Assembly: GCA_051362555.1 (NCBI GenBank)
Contig: CM120645.1
Location: forward strand, 10,602,001-10,666,000
Source of the DNA: Lingula anatina
Lineage: Eukaryota > Animalia > Brachiopoda
Direction: 5' to 3'
DNA: 64,000 nucleotides
Position numbers and translations under genes: made by a program. Each line of letters opens with the position of its first letter. Within the stretch, counting starts at the first letter, position 1. Below, piece by piece: positions 13,689 to 24,888 of the stretch. The notes below the pieces were generated by a model. That model worked only from the letters and a program-made list of their open reading frames with translations. It did not search any database and was not told where the DNA came from.

Positions 13689-14235
13689 ATTACACTCGCA
13701 CTGATGCCAACAGAATTGTCTTTTAGACGCCTTATACTGTTCTCTTAATGCTACAAGGGTGACTTCGTACCTGGCCGTGCACCTACATATGTTCGAAACA
13801 GGCGGAGGGTGCTTCCCCTTTATTGTGCCGGATACTTGACAGTTTCTATTCTTTGGCCGCCTGGAAGCTTACAATTTAAGTTTGCGTGAGCAAGTGAAGA
13901 ACCGCTATTGGCTTTCCGATGCTAATTTTTGGTTATTATTATTATTACTTTTCCGTATATAAGCATTGTTTTAGGAGGTAATCTTTAGTAGCAATTTTTC
14001 TTAATGAACGGTGCACATTGTTCAGCCTCTATTTAACATAAAACGCATGTTTTCGCGTAAAAGAAAAAGAAACTGTCTTCTTGTTTTGTTTAATTTTATT
14101 TTCACCACTGGAGAGACGCGAGTCTACAAAGCGCTTGTAGTACCGGGTATATTAGTACATGAAATGCATCAGTTGAAATACTATAGATATTCTATATCGA
14201 GAATAAAATTCTGTGAATACTTTATACTTAGCGTA

Positions 14236-16233
14236 CTAATTACAAAATGACGGACCATGTGAGACTGGCAAGTACAGCCTACCGCCATGATCCATTACAC
14301 CCCTCTTCCAGCTGAGGCAAACCAAAACTGGTTTGAACAGATCCTCGACATCGTTCATCACAAACAGTCTCTGCAGTGACATTATGGTATGTTTCTTTTG
14401 ATACAAATTGGAAACAGTTTCTGAAAACAACGCAATCAGAAAGTTTATCATCAGTATTCCTACGACACTAACATAGACCACGTGGATTGCCATGATTGCG
14501 TAGACAATAGGAGAGTTTACGTCCTCCGTGACATTGACCATGTTAAGAATCATTGCGAATGTTGTGTAATAGGCGTATATTAAATTTGTGTAATCACCAT
14601 AGCATTGGCTTCGGAAGTATGCGTACATAACGATTAAGAAGGAAAAACTCACTACTACAGCCAAGAGAGTGAATTGCAACATGTCGTACAGAAGATGGCG
14701 CACAATTTGAACAAAATGTCCAAATTTTGGAAACAACTGTAGAACGTATAATACGTTCCAGGCGTTTAAAAAAGAACCTATGGCCATCGCTACCAAAGCA
14801 AAGGAGTCTATAATGCCAGTCCTTATACTTTGGATCATTAACAAGAACATTGTAGCCACGCATACATTCATAACAAAGTTAACCATTTCGTAAAAGCGAA
14901 CGCTGACTATCGTGTTTTTCTTGTTGCGTATCTCTCTTTCATGGACAATTAAATGCTTGTACCTCTTAACGTGAACTTTGTATGAGGTCATCAGTTTCCC
15001 AATAACACCAAGTATGATATTAAGCAACGACGGGGCAAATACACAATAAACGGATATATCCCCCACGTTATAAGCCCATTTGACGAAATCGTCAACCGTC
15101 ACGTCCTCCCAGCATGGATCCGCCGACGTATTGGCACTGGACAGCGCAGATGTCGTTACGTTAGTGCCAGAACCAGATGTTCTGTAATATCTCCGGAACC
15201 AAAGAGCAATGACAGCCAGCCAAAACATCACAGCGTACACTATGCGCCAGGCGCCCATGAGGAGCAAGAACGGCCACAGACTGGACACGCTGTTGTCCAC
15301 CATGGCGGCTATCACAGGAGTTTCCATAAAAGACAGTAGCGCGGGTTCTTTCAGCACTTCTGTGTCGAACGCCGCTATGGCTTTTCTTGGCGCCACCAGA
15401 TAGCGGTTCGCTGGTTTGCTGGAATTCGCCACGTGATACTCCGTGAGGTCATACCACGTGACTTGATCGAACCCACGCGTAATTTTGGGGAATTTGAAAA
15501 CCCCTTCTGTATCCAGTATCACCAGGATCATGCTCAGTGAAGGCAGGAGTGTAGCTAGTTCAAGTGGGCGAAGACCAGCGTCATCCTCCTGGTGAAGTAG
15601 AGTGGCCATATTGTCACGTGATAATACGTCATTGAGGTTGCCATAGAGACGTGTGTACACGCTGTCGTGGCCGGGCAGCATGTAATCTGCCCAGATTAAC
15701 GCGTGAATAATGTTAGTCCCTTTATCGTCCGTGGCGAGAATATTGACCCCATGTTTTAATAGCGCTGTGAAGCATTTCTCAGATCTATAAAGAGCAGCAA
15801 TTGTCAGTGGGAGGCAGAATGTGTGGTTTTCAAAATGATGGTGGGTTTTTCGCTTGCCATGATTTCTGGGAACGTAACCGCCGTCGTCTTCAAAGACAAA
15901 CCTCGTGTTCATGAGATATTTTCTCACATCCACGGGCTGGCTGACAAACAGATTCTCCAGTTCCGAAACATTGTCTTTGGTCAGAATATCAAACCAGGTG
16001 TCTTCTGGCGTGGCTTTTTTGTCGGAGAGGCCGCCAGTGGATGTTATGTGCATGTCACCTACTGCGCTGTATACATCCACGGGGAAATAATTCACCACGC
16101 CCAGTGGCTCGACGGGAACGACATCAACGCAATAGGAATCCAGACTACTCAGCTCCACATCTTGTGCTCGGTCTCTATTGTTTGGATGCACCGCATTGTT
16201 TCTGTGCATTGAGGCATTCGTATGGTTTGCCAT
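14236..16233 (-). CDS. TRPV/TRPVL-like cation channel (ankyrin repeats + 6TM), intronless CDS, 665 aa
   Basis: Ankyrin-like motifs (PLTIAA, DDKGTNIIHAL, GLRPLELA), TRPV-like linker WYDLTEY, six hydrophobic segments, S4-S5 linker FGHFVQIVRHLLYDMLQF, S6 ILMINFLIALFSET. Possible 5'UTR intron acceptor near 16488. Confidence 0.85.
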   Translation of the reverse strand: MANHTNASMHRNNAVHPNNRDRAQDVELSSLDSYCVDVVPVEPLGVVNYFPVDVYSAVGDMHITSTGGLSDKKATPEDTWFDILTKDNVSELENLFVSQPVDVRKYLMNTRFVFEDDGGYVPRNHGKRKTHHHFENHTFCLPLTIAALYRSEKCFTALLKHGVNILATDDKGTNIIHALIWADYMLPGHDSVYTRLYGNLNDVLSRDNMATLLHQEDDAGLRPLELATLLPSLSMILVILDTEGVFKFPKITRGFDQVTWYDLTEYHVANSSKPANRYLVAPRKAIAAFDTEVLKEPALLSFMETPVIAAMVDNSVSSLWPFLLLMGAWRIVYAVMFWLAVIALWFRRYYRTSGSGTNVTTSALSSANTSADPCWEDVTVDDFVKWAYNVGDISVYCVFAPSLLNIILGVIGKLMTSYKVHVKRYKHLIVHEREIRNKKNTIVSVRFYEMVNFVMNVCVATMFLLMIQSIRTGIIDSFALVAMAIGSFLNAWNVLYVLQLFPKFGHFVQIVRHLLYDMLQFTLLAVVVSFSFLIVMYAYFRSQCYGDYTNLIYAYYTTFAMILNMVNVTEDVNSPIVYAIMAIHVVYVSVVGILMINFLIALFSETVSNLYQKKHTIMSLQRLFVMNDVEDLFKPVLVCLSWKRGVMDHGGRLYLPVSHGPSFCN

Positions 16234-17875
16234 GTTTTAAGGAAAAGAGAATATCGTTTAAGAGCAGTTGCAGTCAATTCAAGTGCAAGGCTTCATGTGG
16301 TTGCCTGGTCTTTGCGATGTGTTTCCCTCCCTTTTATGAGAACATCTCACAAGAGGCATGAAACGATCAGCCCAACTGCTTCAGTGAATGAGAAGACCGT
16401 CAGAATAACTCAATATCAGCACCTTTTCTCCTCCAGGCTCCACTAGTCTTCAAGCTCCCTTTCAAGAAAATGGACAGATGTCCTGATCTGAGAGAATAAA
16501 AGCGATGGAAAAAATCGGAATGGTCCGACCGGCTCCCACGATATTATTTTCGACCCCCACGGCAAAACTAATACAGCGTGTCCGGCTCTGTGTAATCTTA
16601 ATCGGGGCCGACTCACTTGTGGTCCATGTCAAGATGTATGTGTATCAGAATCAATTAATCTTCATTTATTTTTACAAATTCTCGTCGATCAAAGTTTGAT
16701 CGTGCCACACACGACGCACTTGGAAACGGAACCAGAACTCAAACAATCGGTTTTTTAGAAACTTGTACATGTAGAAGTTTGGAAGAAGCCCTGAAAGCAT
16801 TTTGGTTATCCAAACAAGTATACAAACTTGCCGTTATTTTGGACAATGATAGATGTACAATTTATTAATTTTCTTCAGGTTTTTAAAGGGGTATGTCACA
16901 CATTGGTCGTTAACAGCCACATGTACAAGTGGAGGCCCTTAAAAGTTGCACAAGTACATCAATAATAACACGTCACGATACGTAAGATCTTTCCACCGGA
17001 AAATATCTGTGGACCAATGTTTCTTTACAGCAATCGTGCATTTACAATCATGAAAGGAGTAGGACCTATTGATCTTTTCTGTATTTTAACTAATTGGTTT
17101 TCAAACGCACTTTTCCGCACCTATTCCATGCTTTCCTATGTTCCTATAAAAGAGGAAATGTACTGTTTTCACACACACAAATAAGAATAAGAGAAAACAG
17201 AAAAGAGGACGTTGGTGTTAGTGTTTTCAAATGCAAACTGCCGTCTCTTAGACACTGAAATTGATTAAATTATCCATATAAGAGGGGCCAGGTCAGATCA
17301 GGGCGTGGAGGCTGACACGTGTCCCTGCATACCGCACGAGCGTATGGCTGTAATTATATTTGATACCAGATTTTTAAAGAAATATTTACCGTGTAAAATA
17401 TCGCAATTTGGGGATAGGAGAATAGTGACATTCCATGGTCTGTCGAATACGGGTACATAAGTGTGCCTTTGGTAAGCTTCAGCGTCTGCTTTATTTAACG
17501 CATTGAAAGCATATTGCGAAAAAGGAGCTCACGTGCTGGACGACAGTGGTTTTATGTCTTAATGAAAAACATCTCTTTAAAATCCATATCAATATTTGAA
17601 AACGTCACATCATGAAAAAAGTAACAGAAATTGCAAATATGTTGGCCAAATATTAGAGAAACAAATTATTCAAAATTACAGATAAGCCCTTTGAAGAATG
17701 TATTTACGTTAAGTAGCTACATATTGAATTGATTGTCTCTTTGAATTTCAAAGAAAATTAAGTTATGAAACGGCAACGATATATCCTTCAAGTGGCGCAA
17801 TCCAATGAAGAGAGTATTGAGGTAGGTGCGAAACTGCTCATTGCGCAAGTCAATATCGAACCTTTGAGTTAACGT

Positions 17876-20800
17876 TTATGCACTGAATAAACTTTCTAAC
17901 TGGAGTGGCTGTTGGTGTTCATCTTCATCGTCAACCTTCTTAAACTGCGCCCCCAGTTTCTGGAACAAAACTTGACACCGATTTCTGAACGGTCTGTTCG
18001 TTATGAAGAAGATGGCGCAGTTCACGCTGGCGTGAGTGTGTGCCAGGACGTTGACTGTCATGTGCAGGTGAAATGGCATCTGGTCTTCAAAATCCAGCGT
18101 GACGACGACGCCATAAGGAATCCAACAAACGGCAAACACTAAGTAGACGACGATCAGTGACCGCACTAACTTAATGCTTTTTAAAAAGTTACTGGTCCCG
18201 TGAATATCCGTGCTCGCGTGCGTGCGAGCGTGTTGTGCGACATTTCGCTTGGCTGTCCTTATCTTTGAAAATATTTTGTAATAACATACGCCTATGACGA
18301 CCAAGGTGAGGCCAAGAAGAGCGTTTACTACCAAGATGTTGTAAGCTAAATTTGCAGTTCGGTCCCAGGTGCAAACGCATTTTTTCTTGTCGAAAGTGTA
18401 TCCGCCCCAAAAGAAATTAGGCATCCCGCAAATGGCCGCCATTAGCCATATTCCTAACATGATTGCTTTTGTAGACCAACTTGTATACACGGTTCTGTAA
18501 AAATGATTCTTACACGTATAGATATATCTGAAAGAGAAAAAAAAACATGACAGTTCATTGTATAATTCATGCTAACAGTGGTGTCTCCTCTCTTCGTTTA
18601 ATTGAGATCAGTAGAACAATACAAAGTTTCGAAATGATGGTCATTGAACGGCGTGTTTGTTTGACTCGTAAACTCAGGGTGAAATAGCATCCAAAATTGG
18701 ATTTTTCTCCACAACTACACGTATTTTGTTATTTTTCAAAGCAGATATTTCGGCGATTATATTACCATGGCCTGGAAGTAATCCCTCCCTCCCCCTCCCC
18801 CACCCCCGCCGCCCCCACCTGGGTCTGTAGAGTACACAGTGATGTACTGGGTAGATACCCCCACCCCCACCCTCCACCCTCCGTCACCAATACCCACAAC
18901 GTACGGCTGAATTTGAATTGAAGCTCGGTTAATTCTTGTGACATATTCTTTGCCTTTTATATGTGTGGAGAGTTTGCAGACTAAAAAACCTATCCATTTC
19001 AGGATAAAAAACAGTTTCTGCCGAATGCGGGTGACATAGAACCACCAATATATTCAAGATTAAGGTGCTTTCAAAGAGGGGAGGGGTCTTTTGTCTGTTA
19101 AAGTGGATCTTCTATTATCATACTATGTACCTAGTTCAAATGTTAACCCATTTCTTGACAAAAAAGTGCGGTTCGTTCGAACCCCCGAACCCCCTGATGG
19201 GGTTCTGGTTTTTGATAAGGAAAGTGCGCTGGTTGTAGAACTGTATTCAAGGGACGTATACGAGTGGCGAAATTACTTTAAAACCCATCGTTTACAATAT
19301 GTGCAAACACAATCAGCCACAGCGCCATTGTGCTTGCGAATACCCAACTGCAGTATTAATCAGAATGCAACTGAGAATAAGAAATATGAATAGAAAATAA
19401 AAAAATTAATACAGCTGCAGGGCTATCTTAAGTGTAACGGTGAAAATATTTATGTCTGATTTTGTAAAACGTAACTGGAGCACATTACTGTTTCATATAA
19501 GACTACAAACGATGATAGAAGATATATGGCACTACATGTACCTGTTCACGGCGATGCAGGCTATGGTGAAAAAGGACGCAAAGCACAAAGGCAAGCACGC
19601 TGCGGCAACAGTTGTACACAACCATCTGTGGACCGTGAAGAACTCCTCTCCATGCGTGGCAGCTGAAAGACAATACGAAACACATACGTAAAGTCCGTCT
19701 GTGAAAATAAGAAAACTGCGGTTCTGAAACCATTCCCATTGGCATGTCTCAATGCTGTGCAACTAGTTACAAGATAGGAATCTGACTACACTCTACCAGG
19801 GTAGAGTATGGGTTTTCACTCGATATTCGGGGATATGTCTCTGGCTTAAGATGACAATTTTTTCTGCACATTATAGTAATTATAAGTCATTCATTCAAAA
19901 TAACTCAAATGTGATCGTTTCATCCAACTGAAACAATTTAAACTGTCTTTTTGGTTTTATTTTGAAAATGTTATATTATGTTGCATGTAGGAAAGAAATT
20001 GTAAGTGGGCTAAGCATGAATCCCCACCCTCTTGCTTTCTGCGTTTATGGCCGCTTTGATTGAAAAAACTGCGAGGGTGTGTATGGGGGGGGGGGCTGGA
20101 GGGGGGGGTTCGTGAAGGGGGGCTGAGGAGGATCAGAGGCTCTTTTGCGTATGTAACAGAGCAAGTGCGTTTCATCTCCTCTCCTGCAATCGTTGGTTGT
20201 TTTGAATTGAATGATATATAGTTTATTCCTGTGTTGCCATAGCTAGGTACATGTAAAATGGGCAAATAGATAATTGTTGGCATTTTGATCATTACACCTC
20301 ATGTTTTTTCTGCATTGGTCTTGAATGATTATCATTTGGAACTGACGTTTGACGCTCCCTTTTTCCTTCAATCGACAAACAAAGGTCGTTTTTATGGATC
20401 ATTTGATCAGTACCTGTTTCATGTCTGATGAAATATCACGGTGATGTAGTGTATCAACGTACGTGAAGTAGGGGCCTATGCCATTTTATCAAGTGGTGCG
20501 TCATTATTGCGCGGTAATTGGCGCTTTGACAATAATGTAAGGCTTTTTATTTTCAAGATGCACTTCATGCATATACTTAAGACACTTAAAATACAGCAAA
20601 AGTGAACTTTTGCATGAGGTATGTTATATACCTATTTCTCTAACGGGCGTCTTTTCTTTTGCTGATTAACAGCAAGTTACAGCATGTATATGTAAAACTT
20701 TACCATTATCAAGCACCATTATCGGCGATTTTATCGGCTTTTATGTGTGTAGTTGTAAACATAGTCGGGTATTTAATCCTCTCTAAGATTATGTTAAGAA

Positions 20801-22081
20801 AACTGCCTCAACATGGTAAAGATCATTATATCAACCTACTTACGTGCAACCTGATCCATGTTTAAAATATAGTCATGGCGCAAATATGATCTACTTTCCA
20901 TCTTTACAATGAACCCATTCTTCTATGTGTTGTGACTGGTAGACGAAAAATTAATATATAATTATTTCTATGATGTCTGCTAACTATCAGCATTGATAAT
21001 TATAAATACCCATACGGTCATGAAATTTAGGCGCTTATAGAAGTTCAGGAGAGAATTAATTATGACATGTTGTATGCATAGTCAAAACATTCACGCAATG
21101 ACAGACACTTTCAAACGGGAATGAAGTGAATACGTGTTCTTAAATTTTGAAATAAAGGAGTTTTACAACAATCTTCCGCTTTTAATAGACTGTCCAAAGA
21201 ACATCTGATATCATTAACATACAAAAGCATATATAGGAAACGAAACCATTTCATTAATAATCGCATCGCTAACGTATTCAATGACTCAATTATAACCATG
21301 CGGACAGGAAACACATAAAAACGCAGGAAATGGAGTCTCAATGAAAATTAGCAAAAGAATCAATGCAAACCTTTTAGTTTGCCAAACCCCTGAATAGAAG
21401 TGGAGAGTAAGAAGTGACGAACCAATAGACTTCGACAGTCATTACTTCACAAAATTGCAGCGGGCTCATTTCTTTATTTTCGTAATGCGACAATTAAAAT
21501 CCCAATTAGTCTCTGAGGGCCCATTATGCCTATGCAATAATCCCATGGGGAAAAAGACTACATGTCTATCCTTCTTTGACAAAAAACCAACTGAACAAAA
21601 AAATATCCATTAGAGCCTCCTTGATTTTACAAATATGAGCAAAAATCAAAATGGCAAAAACCTTTGGACATTGCTGGCTTTATTTTCTGCCTCTACTTCG
21701 CTCAAGCTACCCTCTGATAGGGGCTCTGTAGTTTTACACAAAACTGAATGAGTTTTTTTTAATTGTGTTACAAAATACAGAGACCCCTATAGGACGGCAG
21801 GCACAAGCTACCGGTGTAGAAATCCCACCCTCCTGGATTTTGTTATTATTATTATTATTTTATTTATTTTTTTTTTTTTTTGTATCTCGACAGTTGACCA
21901 TTAGGAGAGTGTGTGCTGACCCGGATTGTATATGGAACATACATTTTCTAATCATCTTTTTTTTTATTGCATATCTGAAAAAAGTACATATCTCAACAAA
22001 AAATACAAAATTGATAAATAAATAAAAATCACTCTCACTCACTCTCACTCACTCACTCACAAAGAGACACTCAGTCATTTG

Positions 22082-22132
<51 letters not shown>

Positions 22133-24888
22133 TACTGTATCATTTACAATATGTGTCAACAACGATATGATATGTTCTAATCATCTTGATCAAAAAAATC
22201 AATAGCTCACTAACTTTGCTGATACGGTGTTTTGGGTCGGGATTCGGCGTTACATTTTCATATGCATGCACCCCATTTTGATGGTCATTTTTCCTAATGC
22301 AAAATTCATCATCTACTAGTTCGCTAATACACGTTTTTTGCAGCGGCAGGAAACAACTTATAACTACATTTGTACCTTTCTTAATTCATCTTTCTGTATT
22401 CTTTTGTAATTATTGATGTTCAATGTTAAGAAGTTTTTTTACAATTGCAAACTTTAAACTATCTCAAACCTATTGGGTTCTCTAAAAATGATGATAACGG
22501 GAATTAATCATGTTGGCTAATGACACCTTACATTGCACTGTGATTTGTTTGCCTTTTGAATGACGGCACTGCGCAGTTGGTTGACATTCACGTAGAAATG
22601 CTCCGTAGACCGCAGTAGCGGGATGGCATTATACATAATGTAAAACTATACCACTGCTTTTTACCATGAGATAACAAAGTTCGTTATTTAGTTGAAAAAT
22701 TAAAAGGTTGTGTGCAGAACGTAGATTCAAAGCGCATAAGGCAAATACATTGCACTGGTAAAGGCACTGTTACACCTAACGTATATACAGCACTAACGCA
22801 CGAAATAAATTGCGCAGTCCTTACGTTGTACGCGCTTCGAGTACGCAGACAAACTTTGGTGTACGAATACCCGAAGGCAAATATATTTTTGAGGGTGTTC
22901 AAAAACAATTCCGTATGCTGCTTTTATCTCCATTCTATTACGCTGGAAACAGGGTGATTTCTTACACTGTGTGCGTATAATCAACGTATAATCGACATAC
23001 ACTATTCATACGTTACCCTTTACGTTAGGTGTGCCAGAGCCTTAATATTGGAATGAATGCCAAAGGTTCGTGCACGAGGCTCGTCTTCAGTGTCATTTAT
23101 TGAAAGCTTCGTGTTTTGATAATGTCACTTTTATTTTTCTCGACGTGATGAACACCGCTCTATCTGTCTTTGACGTTACAACTTTAGAAGCTCTATATAT
23201 ACAGTGTATAAATATTCAGTTTAAAACTCAACATGTATTTTCGAGGAATTTTACGGACTAGGTGCCTTATCCCGATATTCCAGTGATGTTAAATTAAGTC
23301 ATTACTTTCAAGTGACTGATGCTCATGTCAGTTAATGCATACCCGTTAGCTGGTATTATCACTTTAATTAAAGCCGACTACGGAAAGGGGGCACTTGGAA
23401 ACGAATGAGTTTCAAGATTGGGTTGGAAGTGTAACAAAGCGTTCGGCATTGGAATAGGTTATAATGTATACCCAAGAGGAATAACCTGTAGATGGAGGGT
23501 TACATGCATTAAGGATTTAGAATATTTCTTAGAAGCCATACCATTAAATAGCGAGGTTTATACTAAAAGTAATTGATTTTCACAAATGTGACTGTACTGT
23601 TATCAGTGAACACATTGCTGTATTTAATGTTAAGAAAATGAAATGACTTTCTCTATCAAGGACATAAATCTTTTTAAAGTGTTGTTCAAGTTCTAAGACA
23701 GCAGTCAGCACGCTGTCAAGATGTATCGATAATTAATAACGTGTTCAGCATCTCTTGGCGTCTAATTCATTTCCCAGAGTGGCTTGTTAATATGCCCTAA
23801 GCAATTTTGCTTCCGTTTTAAGCCACAAATGAGGGTAGTCCACGCGTCTATCAGAGATGGCAACAAACCAAGCTACTATGGGAGGAAAACTCTACCCGTC
23901 CTTTACCTAACAATGACTCAATCATGATTTAGGGCATATCGTGAAAATAACGGCACCTTGCTCTCTCTCTCTCATACGGAGAGCAATAGTACATGTACCA
24001 CAGTCATCAGAATCTATTCAATTCTAGATCTACTCATTGAAACAGGTGTGAAAAGGTGTGTATGCATCGATTTTGATGGTGCATCTTAAATAAAGTAAAA
24101 TGATTCCCACTGCGTTTCTTGCAAACAGACTTTTCAATAGATACCATTGAAAACACATAGATTTCTATGTTTCCCATATGTCGATTTTATGATATTTCTA
24201 TTTTATATTGTCTAATTTTATTTTTTAAAATTATATTATATTATATTATATTATATTATATTATATTATATTATATTATATTATATTATATTATACACTA
24301 CACCAGTTGCACAAGATATTGTGTTGGTCTAATACAGCAATAAACAAATGGCTCACTGGCACTTTTTAACAACTTTTTTAATCAGGGTATGGTTTCTAAG
24401 AAGGAAATGCTCAGGTGCTTATATAGGCGACTGAAGCACAGCGTTTAAAATTCTGGTGGTGCTCATTGTAAGAAATCGCCCTTTTGTGATAATTACGGTT
24501 ATAAGAAAACGTCTCTTCTTTCAAACATGTAACTACGGCCATTTTTAGTAAACACACTTTAATAAAGAACATATTTTCAACTTTGGTACCAGAACTCACC
24601 TACGATCATGAACGGATTCATCAGTCCAGAAACGCAGAGGTCCGAAATCGCCAAATTCATCAGAAACTCGCTGCCGATTTTGTTGCACTTCTTCCTGATA
24701 TCATAAGCAAGGACGCCAATGATAACGCTGTTGCTTACGACTCCCACGACCACCAGAATTGCCACATAGCCGACGTACAATGCTCCAGAGACGGGGTGAG
24801 TCTCGATTAAAGGCGGTGTGAAGTTGGTCAACGATGGTTGAGAGTCTCCCAGATTCAAAGACGTTGAGTTTAGACCCAGGTGCGCCAT
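17876..24888 (-). CDS. Melatonin-receptor-like class A GPCR, 3 coding exons, ~353 aa
   Basis: Exons 24888-24600 (GTA G|gtgag), 19662-19542 (AAC AG|gtac; an alternative in-frame acceptor lies at 19698) and 18527-17876; total 1062 nt, open. Motifs: TM2 NLAISDL, TM3 CIAVNRYIYTC (the NRY variant typical of melatonin-receptor-like proteins), TM6 FAVCWIPY, TM7 HASVNCAIF. Confidence 0.88.
22030..22130. repeat. (ACTC)n followed by (TA)n microsatellites
   Basis: Direct reading. Confidence 0.93.
24230..24295. repeat. (TTATA)n pentanucleotide microsatellite
   Basis: Direct reading. Confidence 0.95.
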
